A stretch of 64,000 nt of DNA, from assembly GCA_048885525.1 (NCBI GenBank), contig JBHLLP010000013.1:20643-84642 (forward strand), in the 5' to 3' direction. Below the pieces are notes generated by a model. That model made no database searches. It was given only the letters and a program-made list of their open reading frames with translations, and was not told the origin of the DNA. The position numbers were made by a program, and so were the translations under genes. This document shows, piece after piece, positions 31,198-40,371 of this stretch. Position 1 is the stretch's first letter; each line of letters opens with the position of its first letter. This stretch comes from Candidatus Hermodarchaeota archaeon. Its GTDB lineage: Archaea > Asgardarchaeota > Lokiarchaeia > Sigyniarchaeales > SOKP01.

Positions 31198-32448
31198 ATG
31201 GCAAAACAAAAACTTGATATCGGATTCTTCACTTCTATGTATTCTCAAGTTAATGGTACTGCAATTGCTTGTAGAAATCTTGCTGAAGCTATTGCTAAAT
31301 ATACTGGACATAATGTTCATGTATTTGCACCTGGAATTGAAAAACCGAAAACTATAACTAAAAATTTATATCTCCATAACTTCTTTGGAGCAAAAATTTC
31401 TCCCAAAACTGGTTTTGTCCTCAGTTTCCCTCTACATAGATACTTTTTCTGTAACCATGATTACCTTGATATTGCTCATATTCACACCCATGCATCATTT
31501 GGTTCGATGGCTATTAATTGGGCAAAATATTTAGGTATTCCAATGACAGGAACGCATAATTCCCCACTTTCGTTTTATACAGCACAATATATACCAATTT
31601 TAGGCAAACTTTTAGCAAGAATGGATTGGGTTTGGCGCTATGAAAGACATGTACTTGATAAATATGATCTTGTCTCAGTACCAACGAAATCCAAAAAAGA
31701 TTTACTTAGAGATCAAAGATTTAAAGAACCTATTGTGTGTTTAACTAATGGAATCTCAGATTTATATTTTACAGATGTAAAAGAAAATGGAATACGAGAT
31801 AAATATAATTTAGATAGTAAAAAGATTCTGTTGTACGCATCACGATTATCTCCTGAAAAACATCAATTAAGCATAATTAAAACTTTTAAGAGTATACAAA
31901 AAGAAGTTCCAAATTCACATTTGGTTCTTGTCGGAAGTGATGGACCATCAAGTTCACATGTTAAAAAATTGATTAAAAAGAGGCAATACAGAGATAATGT
32001 CTCGTATCTTGGTAGAGTGCCATTTACAGACCTACTTAAATTATACAATACAGCCGACCTAGCTTGTCTTTGGTCTTGGATTGAAGCAGAAGGTTTAGTG
32101 TTGATTGAAGCAATGGCACAAGGTACTACTTGTATAGGAGCAAATGCAACTGGAATTTCAAATGTAATTCAACATGGCAAAACAGGATATCTTGCTAATA
32201 ATCTTTATGATTTCAAGGATAGAGTAGTGGAATTATTTAAAGATGACGACTTACGAACAGAAATGGGTATGAATGCTAAAATGATTGCTAGGAATTATCG
32301 GATTAGCAAAGTAGCCAAAACCTGGATAAAAATTTATAAATTCGTAATTAATGAACTTTATCCTCTCAGATATTATAAACAAGAACGAAAAAACCGCGTA
32401 GAATTAGTGAAGGAATTTATCCGCAAATTGCCTATTGTTTCTTTTTAA
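31198..32448 (+). CDS. GT4 glycosyltransferase (resembles monoglucosyl-diacylglycerol synthase type)
   Basis: YSQVNGT, HIHT, YASRLSPEK, EAEGLVLIEAMAQG. Confidence 0.88.
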   Translation: MAKQKLDIGFFTSMYSQVNGTAIACRNLAEAIAKYTGHNVHVFAPGIEKPKTITKNLYLHNFFGAKISPKTGFVLSFPLHRYFFCNHDYLDIAHIHTHASFGSMAINWAKYLGIPMTGTHNSPLSFYTAQYIPILGKLLARMDWVWRYERHVLDKYDLVSVPTKSKKDLLRDQRFKEPIVCLTNGISDLYFTDVKENGIRDKYNLDSKKILLYASRLSPEKHQLSIIKTFKSIQKEVPNSHLVLVGSDGPSSSHVKKLIKKRQYRDNVSYLGRVPFTDLLKLYNTADLACLWSWIEAEGLVLIEAMAQGTTCIGANATGISNVIQHGKTGYLANNLYDFKDRVVELFKDDDLRTEMGMNAKMIARNYRISKVAKTWIKIYKFVINELYPLRYYKQERKNRVELVKEFIRKLPIVSF

Positions 32449-32461
32449 AAATTTATAAATT

Positions 32462-33208
32462 TTAAAAATTATATTTCTTTCTAATCTCATTTAGTTTATT
32501 TTTACAATTGATGCAAAATCTATTTGATTTATTATCAATTCCATCTATTTCATTAGAAAATCGCATAATGCATAAATCATCATTACAGTGGCGGGATCCC
32601 AATATTAAATGGCCTACTTCATGGCATATTTCTTTAAGAACTCGATTTTCAAAAAGATCTATATTTTCTGGTCTATTATAATATTCTTCTTTTAACTTAA
32701 ATGAGGAAATTACACCACACCTATGTTTTAAATGAGTTTCGCCATATAAAAATAAAATATTATCATTACTACTTGAATATATTGGAAGATTAGTAATTGC
32801 AATTATCATTCCAAGATTTTCTTGAATCCTTTTATCTATTAAGATTTGGTAAAATTTGTTAGTTGGATGCATTTTAATTTTATTAGATGATTTTTTCATT
32901 TCTTTGTATTCCTTTTTTAATCCTTTGGAAAAAAGTTCATTAGAAAAATTATAATCGCCAAGATTTCTAATATCGAAGAAGAAAGAATCAAATACTTCAT
33001 TTAAATGAGCTTTAATTTTTTTAAAAAAAGTATTATTAAACTCTCCAAAGAAAAGAATTCCTAAATGACATGGTAGTAATATTTTTTCTGATACGACATC
33101 TAATAATTCAAATTCTTTTGGATAAGAAATTCCTATTCGCAGAATTACTTTTTTTAATTTTTCTTTATATTTCCGGATTTTTTGCTCATATTTTTGAAGT
33201 TTTGGCAT
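32462..33208 (-). CDS. amzA: Archaemetzincin (M54) zinc metallopeptidase
   Basis: KEICHEVGHLILGSRHCNDDLCIMRFS...FCINC. Confidence 0.85.
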   Translation of the reverse strand: MPKLQKYEQKIRKYKEKLKKVILRIGISYPKEFELLDVVSEKILLPCHLGILFFGEFNNTFFKKIKAHLNEVFDSFFFDIRNLGDYNFSNELFSKGLKKEYKEMKKSSNKIKMHPTNKFYQILIDKRIQENLGMIIAITNLPIYSSSNDNILFLYGETHLKHRCGVISSFKLKEEYYNRPENIDLFENRVLKEICHEVGHLILGSRHCNDDLCIMRFSNEIDGIDNKSNRFCINCKNKLNEIRKKYNF

Positions 33209-33362
33209 TATCAGAATAATAAAAGTTACATATTATAATAAATTTCTTGCAACTATAAAAATATCAGAAGAATGGAGTTTAAATCGTTTTTTATACGATT
33301 TGAGAAATTATTAATAATTTAATTTGGAAAAATATATTTTATTTAAATAATTATTCGAGATT

Positions 33363-34346
33363 ATGGAAGATCTACCTAAGGAAAAGCAAATTATCAAAAA
33401 GGATTTTATTCCTCACTTTTTTCCAACTTATAGAGTTAAAAGAAAATTGTATCCAATACCGATTATTCTCGTAGTCGCTATAGCAGGAATTTTAGCATAC
33501 TTAACTTATATTGAAGCCGAAATTCGGATAGATGGTGGATACTTTTCTGAAAGTGAGTTGGGCGCATTAGGAGGGCTTTTAAATGGTTTAATTTATACTG
33601 GATTAGCAGTAGTCTCAGCATTTATAATAATTTTTATTATTAAAAGAAAGGGTATAAATGTTTTAATGTACATCTTTGGCTTTAGCTTTGGATTAATTGG
33701 ATTTTTTCAAACATATTTTTTTGGATATATAATAATATACTTGTTATTTAATAGATTACCTTACTTTTTCTATTTATTTTACTACGAGTTAATCATTCTC
33801 GCAGCAGCTTTTACAATTCTAATGCTTTATCTCTATTTCACTTCAACATCAATAAAAATTAAGAATTTTATTGTCCTTTATATTGGACTGTTAATTGGGG
33901 CATCGATGGGTGTTTTAATGCCTCTTTGGACTACTTTGGCAATCCTAATAGGGATTTCGTGTTGGGATATTTTCGCTGTGTTTTATAAACATGGACCAAT
34001 CAAGCAACTGATCGATATCGCTTCAAATCCCCAGGAAGGAGATGTTTTATCAGAACCAGAATTAAAACTAAAAATAGAAACTGGAGAATATGAGTATGAT
34101 ACTTCGAAACTAGAGATTGGAATTGGTGATTTAGCTTTTTATAGTATGCTTACTTCTAGCGCGCTTGTTCAATCCAATAATGTAATTGTGATGTTTTTAA
34201 CTTCCTTAGCAATAATTATTGGGACAGGGATTACAATTTCAGGATTAAAACGAAATAAACTTTTACCCGGACTCCCTATTTCAATTTTTTTAGGAATAGG
34301 AATAATGTTACTCTCGTGGTATTTAATCTCAACTTTTTTCATTTAA
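33363..34346 (+). CDS. Presenilin-family intramembrane aspartyl protease (A22)
   Basis: WD (YD-equivalent) in ISCWDIFAV, GIGDLAFYS, LPGLPISI; about 9 TM segments. Confidence 0.9.
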   Translation: MEDLPKEKQIIKKDFIPHFFPTYRVKRKLYPIPIILVVAIAGILAYLTYIEAEIRIDGGYFSESELGALGGLLNGLIYTGLAVVSAFIIIFIIKRKGINVLMYIFGFSFGLIGFFQTYFFGYIIIYLLFNRLPYFFYLFYYELIILAAAFTILMLYLYFTSTSIKIKNFIVLYIGLLIGASMGVLMPLWTTLAILIGISCWDIFAVFYKHGPIKQLIDIASNPQEGDVLSEPELKLKIETGEYEYDTSKLEIGIGDLAFYSMLTSSALVQSNNVIVMFLTSLAIIIGTGITISGLKRNKLLPGLPISIFLGIGIMLLSWYLISTFFI

Positions 34347-34427
34347 TAGGTATCATTTTTCTTAGAATTAAATTTTAATTTTATGTTTAAATTAAAATTA
34401 TTGGTAGATATATCGAGAATTAAAATT

Positions 34428-35615
34428 ATGATTGATATAAATAATATAAAAACGGTTGCGGTAATAGGAGCTGGGACAATGGGTCATGAAATTGCTCAAG
34501 TCGCTTTAATGGGCGGCTTTAATCCAGTAATACTAAATGATCTAAACAATGATATTCTTAAGAGAGCAGCAAACAAAATTGAAAGTGGTTTAAGAAGATT
34601 GGAAGTTAAAGGAAAGCTAAAAGAAAGCTTTACAGCTTCTAACCTAATGGAACATTTGATAATAGAAGAAGATCTAAAAAAAGCTGTATCAAACGCAGAC
34701 TTTGTTTTTGAAGCAATTCCAGAAATCATGGAACTTAAGCAAGAACTTTTTAAGAAATTAGGAATTCTTACCCCCGAACATACTATTTTGGCAACAAATA
34801 CATCAACAATGAGTATTACGGAGATTGCTTCCCGCTCTGGCCGCCATAATAAAGTAATTGGATGCCATTTTTTCACACCTATAGTTGTACTCAGATTAAT
34901 TGAAATCACTAAGGGTGATAAAACTTCAATAGAAACTGTTGAAATTACTAGAAAGGTTTGTCAAAGATTCCCTGCCCTTAAAGGAAAGAGATTCCTACCC
35001 GTTCTTGAGAAAGAAAGTCCAGGTTTTATTGTCAATCGACTTACAATAGGAAACAGTGCTTATTTGAATTGGTTACTTGATTATGCAATTGAAAACAATA
35101 TTCCTTTAGAACAAATAGATGCAGATACAAAAGAGTTTATGGAGATTGGACCTTTTGCAAGATGGGACTATTTAGGTCTTGATATTATTTATAATGTCAT
35201 GAAATATTTTGAAGAAGTTTTGTCTCCTCAATTTGCACCAGGAAAAACTTTAACTAAATTAGTGCATGAAGGGCATTTAGGAAGGAAAAATGGGAAAGGA
35301 CTTTTTGAATGGAAGGATGGAAAACCAATTATAAATAAGGATATTAAGGCTGGACTTTATAATCTTGATCTTTCAATGGCTATTCAATTGAATGAAGGAT
35401 GTAAACTTTTAGAAGAGGGTATAGTCTCGAATTATAAATTAATTGATGATTCAATGATTGCTGGAATGGATATGCCGGGACCATTTAGCTCAGGAAAAAG
35501 AAATTATAAGAAATGGAGTAAATTATTAGAAGATTTTGTAGAAAAATCAGGATTAACTTATTTATCTCCTTGTGAGTTAATGAAGTCAGGTAAATTTATT
35601 CAAATGCGGAAATAA
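34428..35615 (+). CDS. 3-hydroxyacyl-CoA dehydrogenase family protein
   Basis: VIGAGTMGHEIA, EAIPE, ATNTST, GCHFF, PGFIVNR, GHLGRKNGKG; start placed at the internal ATG (MIDINNIK). Confidence 0.9.
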   Translation: MIDINNIKTVAVIGAGTMGHEIAQVALMGGFNPVILNDLNNDILKRAANKIESGLRRLEVKGKLKESFTASNLMEHLIIEEDLKKAVSNADFVFEAIPEIMELKQELFKKLGILTPEHTILATNTSTMSITEIASRSGRHNKVIGCHFFTPIVVLRLIEITKGDKTSIETVEITRKVCQRFPALKGKRFLPVLEKESPGFIVNRLTIGNSAYLNWLLDYAIENNIPLEQIDADTKEFMEIGPFARWDYLGLDIIYNVMKYFEEVLSPQFAPGKTLTKLVHEGHLGRKNGKGLFEWKDGKPIINKDIKAGLYNLDLSMAIQLNEGCKLLEEGIVSNYKLIDDSMIAGMDMPGPFSSGKRNYKKWSKLLEDFVEKSGLTYLSPCELMKSGKFIQMRK

Positions 35616-35635
35616 TAGAATAATAAAGATTGGGA

Positions 35636-36901
35636 TTAAACCCATAAATTTAACCCAGAATCTTTAATAAATTCGGGTATTGCTCTTATTTTATTTTCTC
35701 CTAAGTCCAAAAACTCTAAAAATTCTAATTCTTTTATTGATTTGGGAATAAATTTAACATTATTCCTCCTTAAATCTAAATGTTTTAACGCAAGAAGATC
35801 TTTGATATAAATTGGAATTTTTGTTATATTCTGATCCCTTAGAACGAGTTCTTCAAGATTTTTTAAAAAACATAATTGTTTTGGAATATAATTTATCTGG
35901 AAACTGTGATATCCGTATAAGTAAATCCCAACAATGTTTCCATCCGCATTTAGTTTATACTCACAGGCATATAATTTAAATTTCTTTTCTTTTTTTTTTA
36001 CTTTATTTAATTTTATTCCCGTTAGAACTTCTAAAAAGCCTAGAATTGGAGCTTCATTAAAAATAACTCCTTCATTTATATATTTATCAGCAAAATTTTG
36101 TCTAATTAATTTGAAGAATGATTTAGGAATCTCCTCCATTAGAGTATTATTAGTATAACTTAATCTTTCTAATGACTTTAGCTTGTCCCATTGTATGTCT
36201 GGGAACTTTTCAAAATTATTCCAATCTAAGTATAAATATTTTAAAGCAGAGAGGGATTCAATTGAATCTGGTATTGTTGTTAAACTATTATCCCATAAAT
36301 TTAGGTGCTCTAAATGTGATAAAGCTCCAATAGAAGATGGTAATTTAATAAGCTTTTTTCCAGCAAAATCTAAAGCTGTTATATGTTTATTTTTTTTCAC
36401 AGGTTTAAAAAAACCAACCTCTAAATTAGGACTTAATATACTTTCTATTTCTAATAAAAAATCTGCTTCTTTTGGATTAACTTCATAAATATTCGAAATC
36501 CTTTCTTGTAGAGTTTTTTCTAAGCGTTCAAAAATTTGTTTTCTAGAATGTTTCAATAAATTAAAAAGAGTACTTAATACTAAAATTGATTTATCATTTT
36601 GAATTATCCAATTCAATGGATTAATACATATTTTTGGGAATTGATAAAAGAGGATTTTAGCAGCAACACTTCGCATTAATGGATTTTCATCTGAGATTAA
36701 ATAATTTTCAACAATTTTGTAATTTTCTTCATTTTTAATAATAATTTTTCCCAATACTTCCATACATTTAACTCTATTATCAAGATTATCGCTACTCTCG
36801 ATTAACGAAATGAGTAGTCCATTAGCTTCCACTTTACTTAATTTGTTCTTATTTAGATCAATAATAATTTGTTCTAATGTCTTGGATTTACTCATAATCA
36901 T
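35636..36901 (-). CDS. HEAT-like plus leucine-rich repeat protein
   Basis: LISDENPLMRSVAA HEAT-like segment; LxxLxLxxNxL repeats. Confidence 0.85.
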   Translation of the reverse strand: MIMSKSKTLEQIIIDLNKNKLSKVEANGLLISLIESSDNLDNRVKCMEVLGKIIIKNEENYKIVENYLISDENPLMRSVAAKILFYQFPKICINPLNWIIQNDKSILVLSTLFNLLKHSRKQIFERLEKTLQERISNIYEVNPKEADFLLEIESILSPNLEVGFFKPVKKNKHITALDFAGKKLIKLPSSIGALSHLEHLNLWDNSLTTIPDSIESLSALKYLYLDWNNFEKFPDIQWDKLKSLERLSYTNNTLMEEIPKSFFKLIRQNFADKYINEGVIFNEAPILGFLEVLTGIKLNKVKKKEKKFKLYACEYKLNADGNIVGIYLYGYHSFQINYIPKQLCFLKNLEELVLRDQNITKIPIYIKDLLALKHLDLRRNNVKFIPKSIKELEFLEFLDLGENKIRAIPEFIKDSGLNLWV

Positions 36902-36942
36902 ATTTCATAGATTTGGATAATTAGTAATGTTAACTCAAGCTC

Positions 36943-36985
36943 AAACAAACATTAATCAATAATAACAAATTATAAATGTTTGTTT
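36943..36985. promoter_or_regulatory. 11-bp inverted repeat (AAACAAACATT-N21-AATGTTTGTTT) in a divergent promoter; candidate operator
   Basis: Arms at 36943-36953 and 36975-36985, between the LRR gene and the wHTH gene. Confidence 0.5.
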
Positions 36986-37037
36986 TTTAAAAGAAAAAAG
37001 ATTATATGAATAATAAGCTCATTAAACTTTAACTATT

Positions 37038-37316
37038 ATGACTGAAGAAGAAAGTTCTCCTAAAACGGGCTTCGAAAAAATAATTGAGTATTTTAATAAA
37101 AATCTTGACTTAAACCACCCTATTGCCATCGCAAAAATTGTTGAAGATACAGGTTTTTCTTGGAGTTTTGTTAAAAAGACTTTAGCAAAAATAAAGGAAC
37201 AATATGATGGATTCCATTTTGAAAAATCTGGAAATACATGGATTATATGGAAAGATCGTAATCATCTTATAAAAAAATTGGATGAAACTTGTTCTAGTTT
37301 ATTAGATGAGACTTAA
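37038..37316 (+). CDS. Small winged helix-turn-helix protein
   Basis: IAIAKIVEDTGFSWSFVKKTL HTH-like segment followed by a beta wing (EKSGNTWIIW). Confidence 0.7.
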   Translation: MTEEESSPKTGFEKIIEYFNKNLDLNHPIAIAKIVEDTGFSWSFVKKTLAKIKEQYDGFHFEKSGNTWIIWKDRNHLIKKLDETCSSLLDET

Positions 37317-37455
37317 AAACGCCTGTTAAAAATATTTATCTTTTTCTAAATTCTATAAAAGATGAATCTAAAAGTCTTTCTTAAAAATTAGACTGTTGAT
37401 TGTTAATATACAATGTTGGCAAAATTTTTAGTAATAAATTTAAATTAAAAATGAA

Positions 37456-39435
37456 TTGATATATATTATGAAATTCAATCAAAAAAACCTTGTAGAATTA
37501 ATTATTGCAATAGTATTTTTTATGTCTTCATCCACTATCCTAATCTCCTCTAATAATATTCACGCAAATAATTTCAAGGATGAAAATACCTTAACAGATC
37601 AACCAATCTTATCTGATTATGAGCAATTTATACAAGGAAATTTTTCTGGATATGAATTCTCAAATTATAATCTATCTGTATATCTTGATGAAGACACATC
37701 TACGGTTGCGGGGAATTTAACTCTTGATTATTATAATGACGATCCAGTAAATTTTACTCGGATTCCATTTCATATTTATGCTTCTGGAATGGAATATGAC
37801 GTTAGACCGGGATATATCGAAATATTGAATGTAACCACCTTAGAAGCTCCTAAAGAACAATTAGATTATGATTTCTATTCTAATATTCAATTAATGTGGG
37901 TTAATTTAACAGAGACACTAGAACCGGGGAACCGTACTTCTTTTATTATATCATTCAATACAACTCTTCCTGATGGGGGAATAGATCGTGCAAATGAACA
38001 TGGTTGGGATCATAATGAAACTCGTATTTTCAAGTTTGCAAATTGTTATCCCCAACCTTGTGTGTATGATGAATTTGATGGCTGGAACATTGATCCTTAT
38101 ATCTTGACTGGTGATCCTTTCTATTTTGACATGGCTTATTATGATTTAATCGTTAATGTACCTGAGAATATGACAGTAGCTGCTACAGGAGAACTGATAG
38201 AAAATAAAACTATAGGAGAGAGAACAATTCACCACTTCAATCCACATCTCCCAGTTCGAGAAATAACATTTTCAGCATCCCGCTATTTTATAGTAGAATC
38301 TAGGATCATTCCTGAAATCAATGTAACTGTTTCTAGTTATTTTCTTCCAAAATCGAATTGGTTGTGGCATAAATTAGCATTAGACGTAGCAATTAATTCT
38401 GGTTCGCTATTCCATACGACATTCGGAAATTATTGTTATTCAACTTTTAACATTGTTCAAGAATATACACATCATGGAGGTATGGAATACCCATTACAAG
38501 TATATGCTGCAGAAGCAGCAGATTATCGTTCTGATGCTTTCTGGTTTCTTGAGACCGTTATATCTCATGAAACAGCACATCAATGGTTTTATAATCTCCT
38601 AGGTGTTGATGAAGTTGATTGGGGGTTTCTTGATGAAGGAATAGTATGTTGGGTTACAGATTGGTATAAAGATGTTTTTCATCCAGATTGGTACATATTT
38701 AGTCCTTACTGGGGCTTAGAAAGCGTTAGACATTACTCGTTGGACCATGGGTTACCAAATAAAATTAATCAATCAATTCCCGATTGTTTAGCAAGTGGTA
38801 CTAATTATTGGTATTTAGGTTATACAAAAACAAATACTATTCTCGAAAAACTAAGGTGTACATTAGGTCATGAAAAATTTATAGAGGGACTTGCATTATT
38901 CTTCCAGGAGTATTATTTTGACATAGCTGATTTATCAGATTTTCAAAATGCATTTGAAACAGTTACAGGTGACTCTCTTGATTGGTTCTTCAATCCTTGG
39001 TTTGATAATCCTTACCTTCCTAAATATAGTTTCACTAACATTATATACGATGCTGCTAGTAATTTAATTAATATTACAATTGAAGATGTTAATGAAAATC
39101 TAAACCCGTTCAGTTATTCACAACTTATTCCTATCACGATCTATAGTAGTGGTTCAGCTATAGAATATTCTAGTTATAATTGGATTAACGGAACGACTTC
39201 CATAATTATTCCTATTCAAAATAAACCCATAAAGGTAAGATTAAATTATACAGATTTTGTTCTTGTACAATTTTCAGACTATAATTTAGATTATTTAGAG
39301 ACTACAGTTATTACCATTATAAACGAAAGACGACCAAGAATTACCGGTTATAACATTTGGATTATCATAATTGCTTTTGGAGTTTTAGGACTAATAATTC
39401 TCTACAAAAAACCTAATTTTCTCAAAAATAAATAA
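37456..39435 (+). CDS. M1 family aminopeptidase, exported, with C-terminal Loki-CTERM-like anchor
   Basis: GGMEYP, HETAHQWF..WGFLDEG; signal peptide; ITGY followed by TM helix and KK. Confidence 0.9.
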   Translation: MIYIMKFNQKNLVELIIAIVFFMSSSTILISSNNIHANNFKDENTLTDQPILSDYEQFIQGNFSGYEFSNYNLSVYLDEDTSTVAGNLTLDYYNDDPVNFTRIPFHIYASGMEYDVRPGYIEILNVTTLEAPKEQLDYDFYSNIQLMWVNLTETLEPGNRTSFIISFNTTLPDGGIDRANEHGWDHNETRIFKFANCYPQPCVYDEFDGWNIDPYILTGDPFYFDMAYYDLIVNVPENMTVAATGELIENKTIGERTIHHFNPHLPVREITFSASRYFIVESRIIPEINVTVSSYFLPKSNWLWHKLALDVAINSGSLFHTTFGNYCYSTFNIVQEYTHHGGMEYPLQVYAAEAADYRSDAFWFLETVISHETAHQWFYNLLGVDEVDWGFLDEGIVCWVTDWYKDVFHPDWYIFSPYWGLESVRHYSLDHGLPNKINQSIPDCLASGTNYWYLGYTKTNTILEKLRCTLGHEKFIEGLALFFQEYYFDIADLSDFQNAFETVTGDSLDWFFNPWFDNPYLPKYSFTNIIYDAASNLINITIEDVNENLNPFSYSQLIPITIYSSGSAIEYSSYNWINGTTSIIIPIQNKPIKVRLNYTDFVLVQFSDYNLDYLETTVITIINERRPRITGYNIWIIIIAFGVLGLIILYKKPNFLKNK

Positions 39436-39437
39436 TA

Positions 39438-39602
39438 CTACTTTTTTTTTTCTAATTTAGTTTGAATATATTTGTATAAACTGAGTAGTTCTTCAAGGCT
39501 ACATCTATCTATTAAATCCAATAGATTTTCTGACCATGATTCTGTACATTGCTCACATTCAAATACAAAATCAAGCTTATCTTTTTTTTCTTTACTTTTC
39601 AT
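39438..39602 (-). CDS. Small CxxC protein (54 aa), absent from the ORF track
   Basis: MKSKEKKDKLDFVFECEQCTESWSENLLDLIDRCSLEELLSLYKYIQTKLEKKK*. Confidence 0.6.
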   Translation of the reverse strand: MKSKEKKDKLDFVFECEQCTESWSENLLDLIDRCSLEELLSLYKYIQTKLEKKK

Positions 39603-39646
39603 TTCACACGACTTTTATCTATTTGGTATTTTAAGTAGGAATTCTA

Positions 39647-39877
39647 TTAGAAATATAACCTACAACGGATATTCAAAAGATCTTCTCTTTTTGTTGAAAA
39701 GACATTAACTCCTTGTTTTCTTCTAAAATTTCTCTTATTTAGAGGATTAATTTCTACAACTCTAAAAAATAATTGATTAGCTTTTACCCATAAGCGATCT
39801 ATCATAACATTTATTTTATCTTCTGTTCCAGTGCTATACATTTGAAACGCTGAAAGTATTTGTAAATTCGACTCCAT
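39647..39877 (-). CDS. Small hypothetical protein (76 aa)
   Basis: ATG-initiated ORF in a gap, co-oriented with the 54-aa ORF. Confidence 0.6.
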   Translation of the reverse strand: MESNLQILSAFQMYSTGTEDKINVMIDRLWVKANQLFFRVVEINPLNKRNFRRKQGVNVFSTKREDLLNIRCRLYF

Positions 39878-40080
39878 ACTTTTTTATTTATATATACCAA
39901 TTTAAACTACTGTTTTTAAAGAAAAAAAATTGATTAATTTGAAATTGTAATTGGCTTAATCGAAAATTTAATTTTAGAAAGGATTCATGTAATACAAAAA
40001 CCTTATTTGTCACCCTCCTCCCATCGGTATCTATATCACAGAAACTAACCTTACTATATTTTTATTGCAGAATTTTTGAA

Positions 40081-40130
40081 TCAATTGAAAATTTATCATC
40101 TACCTTTATAGATGATTATAATTCAATTGA
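40081..40130. repeat. 50-bp imperfect palindrome TCAATTGA-N6-ATCATCTA-N6-TAGATGAT-N6-TCAATTGA
   Basis: Read directly from the sequence; upstream of the FrhB-like gene. Confidence 0.6.
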
Positions 40131-40371
40131 AATTATTTTATTTAAAATCCACAAATTTTTTGAAAAATTAGCAAAGGTATAAAAAAAGGTCCTACTTAAA
40201 TTATTAGGGATATTTACCAAATTCTCTAATTACTTCAACATGAAAGATTATTGTATTAAACACTACTAATCATATTATTGTAGTTTTCATTGTATCTATT
40301 CATATATTGAAGAGTGTGAAATTTCAAACTTTAAAAACTTTGAAAAATTGATCTAATTATTAAAAACAAAT

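Noticed and set aside
39472-39708. 78-aa plus-strand ORF in the track
   Set aside because: Antisense shadow of two more protein-like minus-strand ORFs
39943-40181. Long start-less open frame and the purine-rich minus-strand GGAGGAGGGTGA element near 40010-40022
   Set aside because: No usable start codon, atypical composition, and no ORF at a sensible distance from the SD-like element
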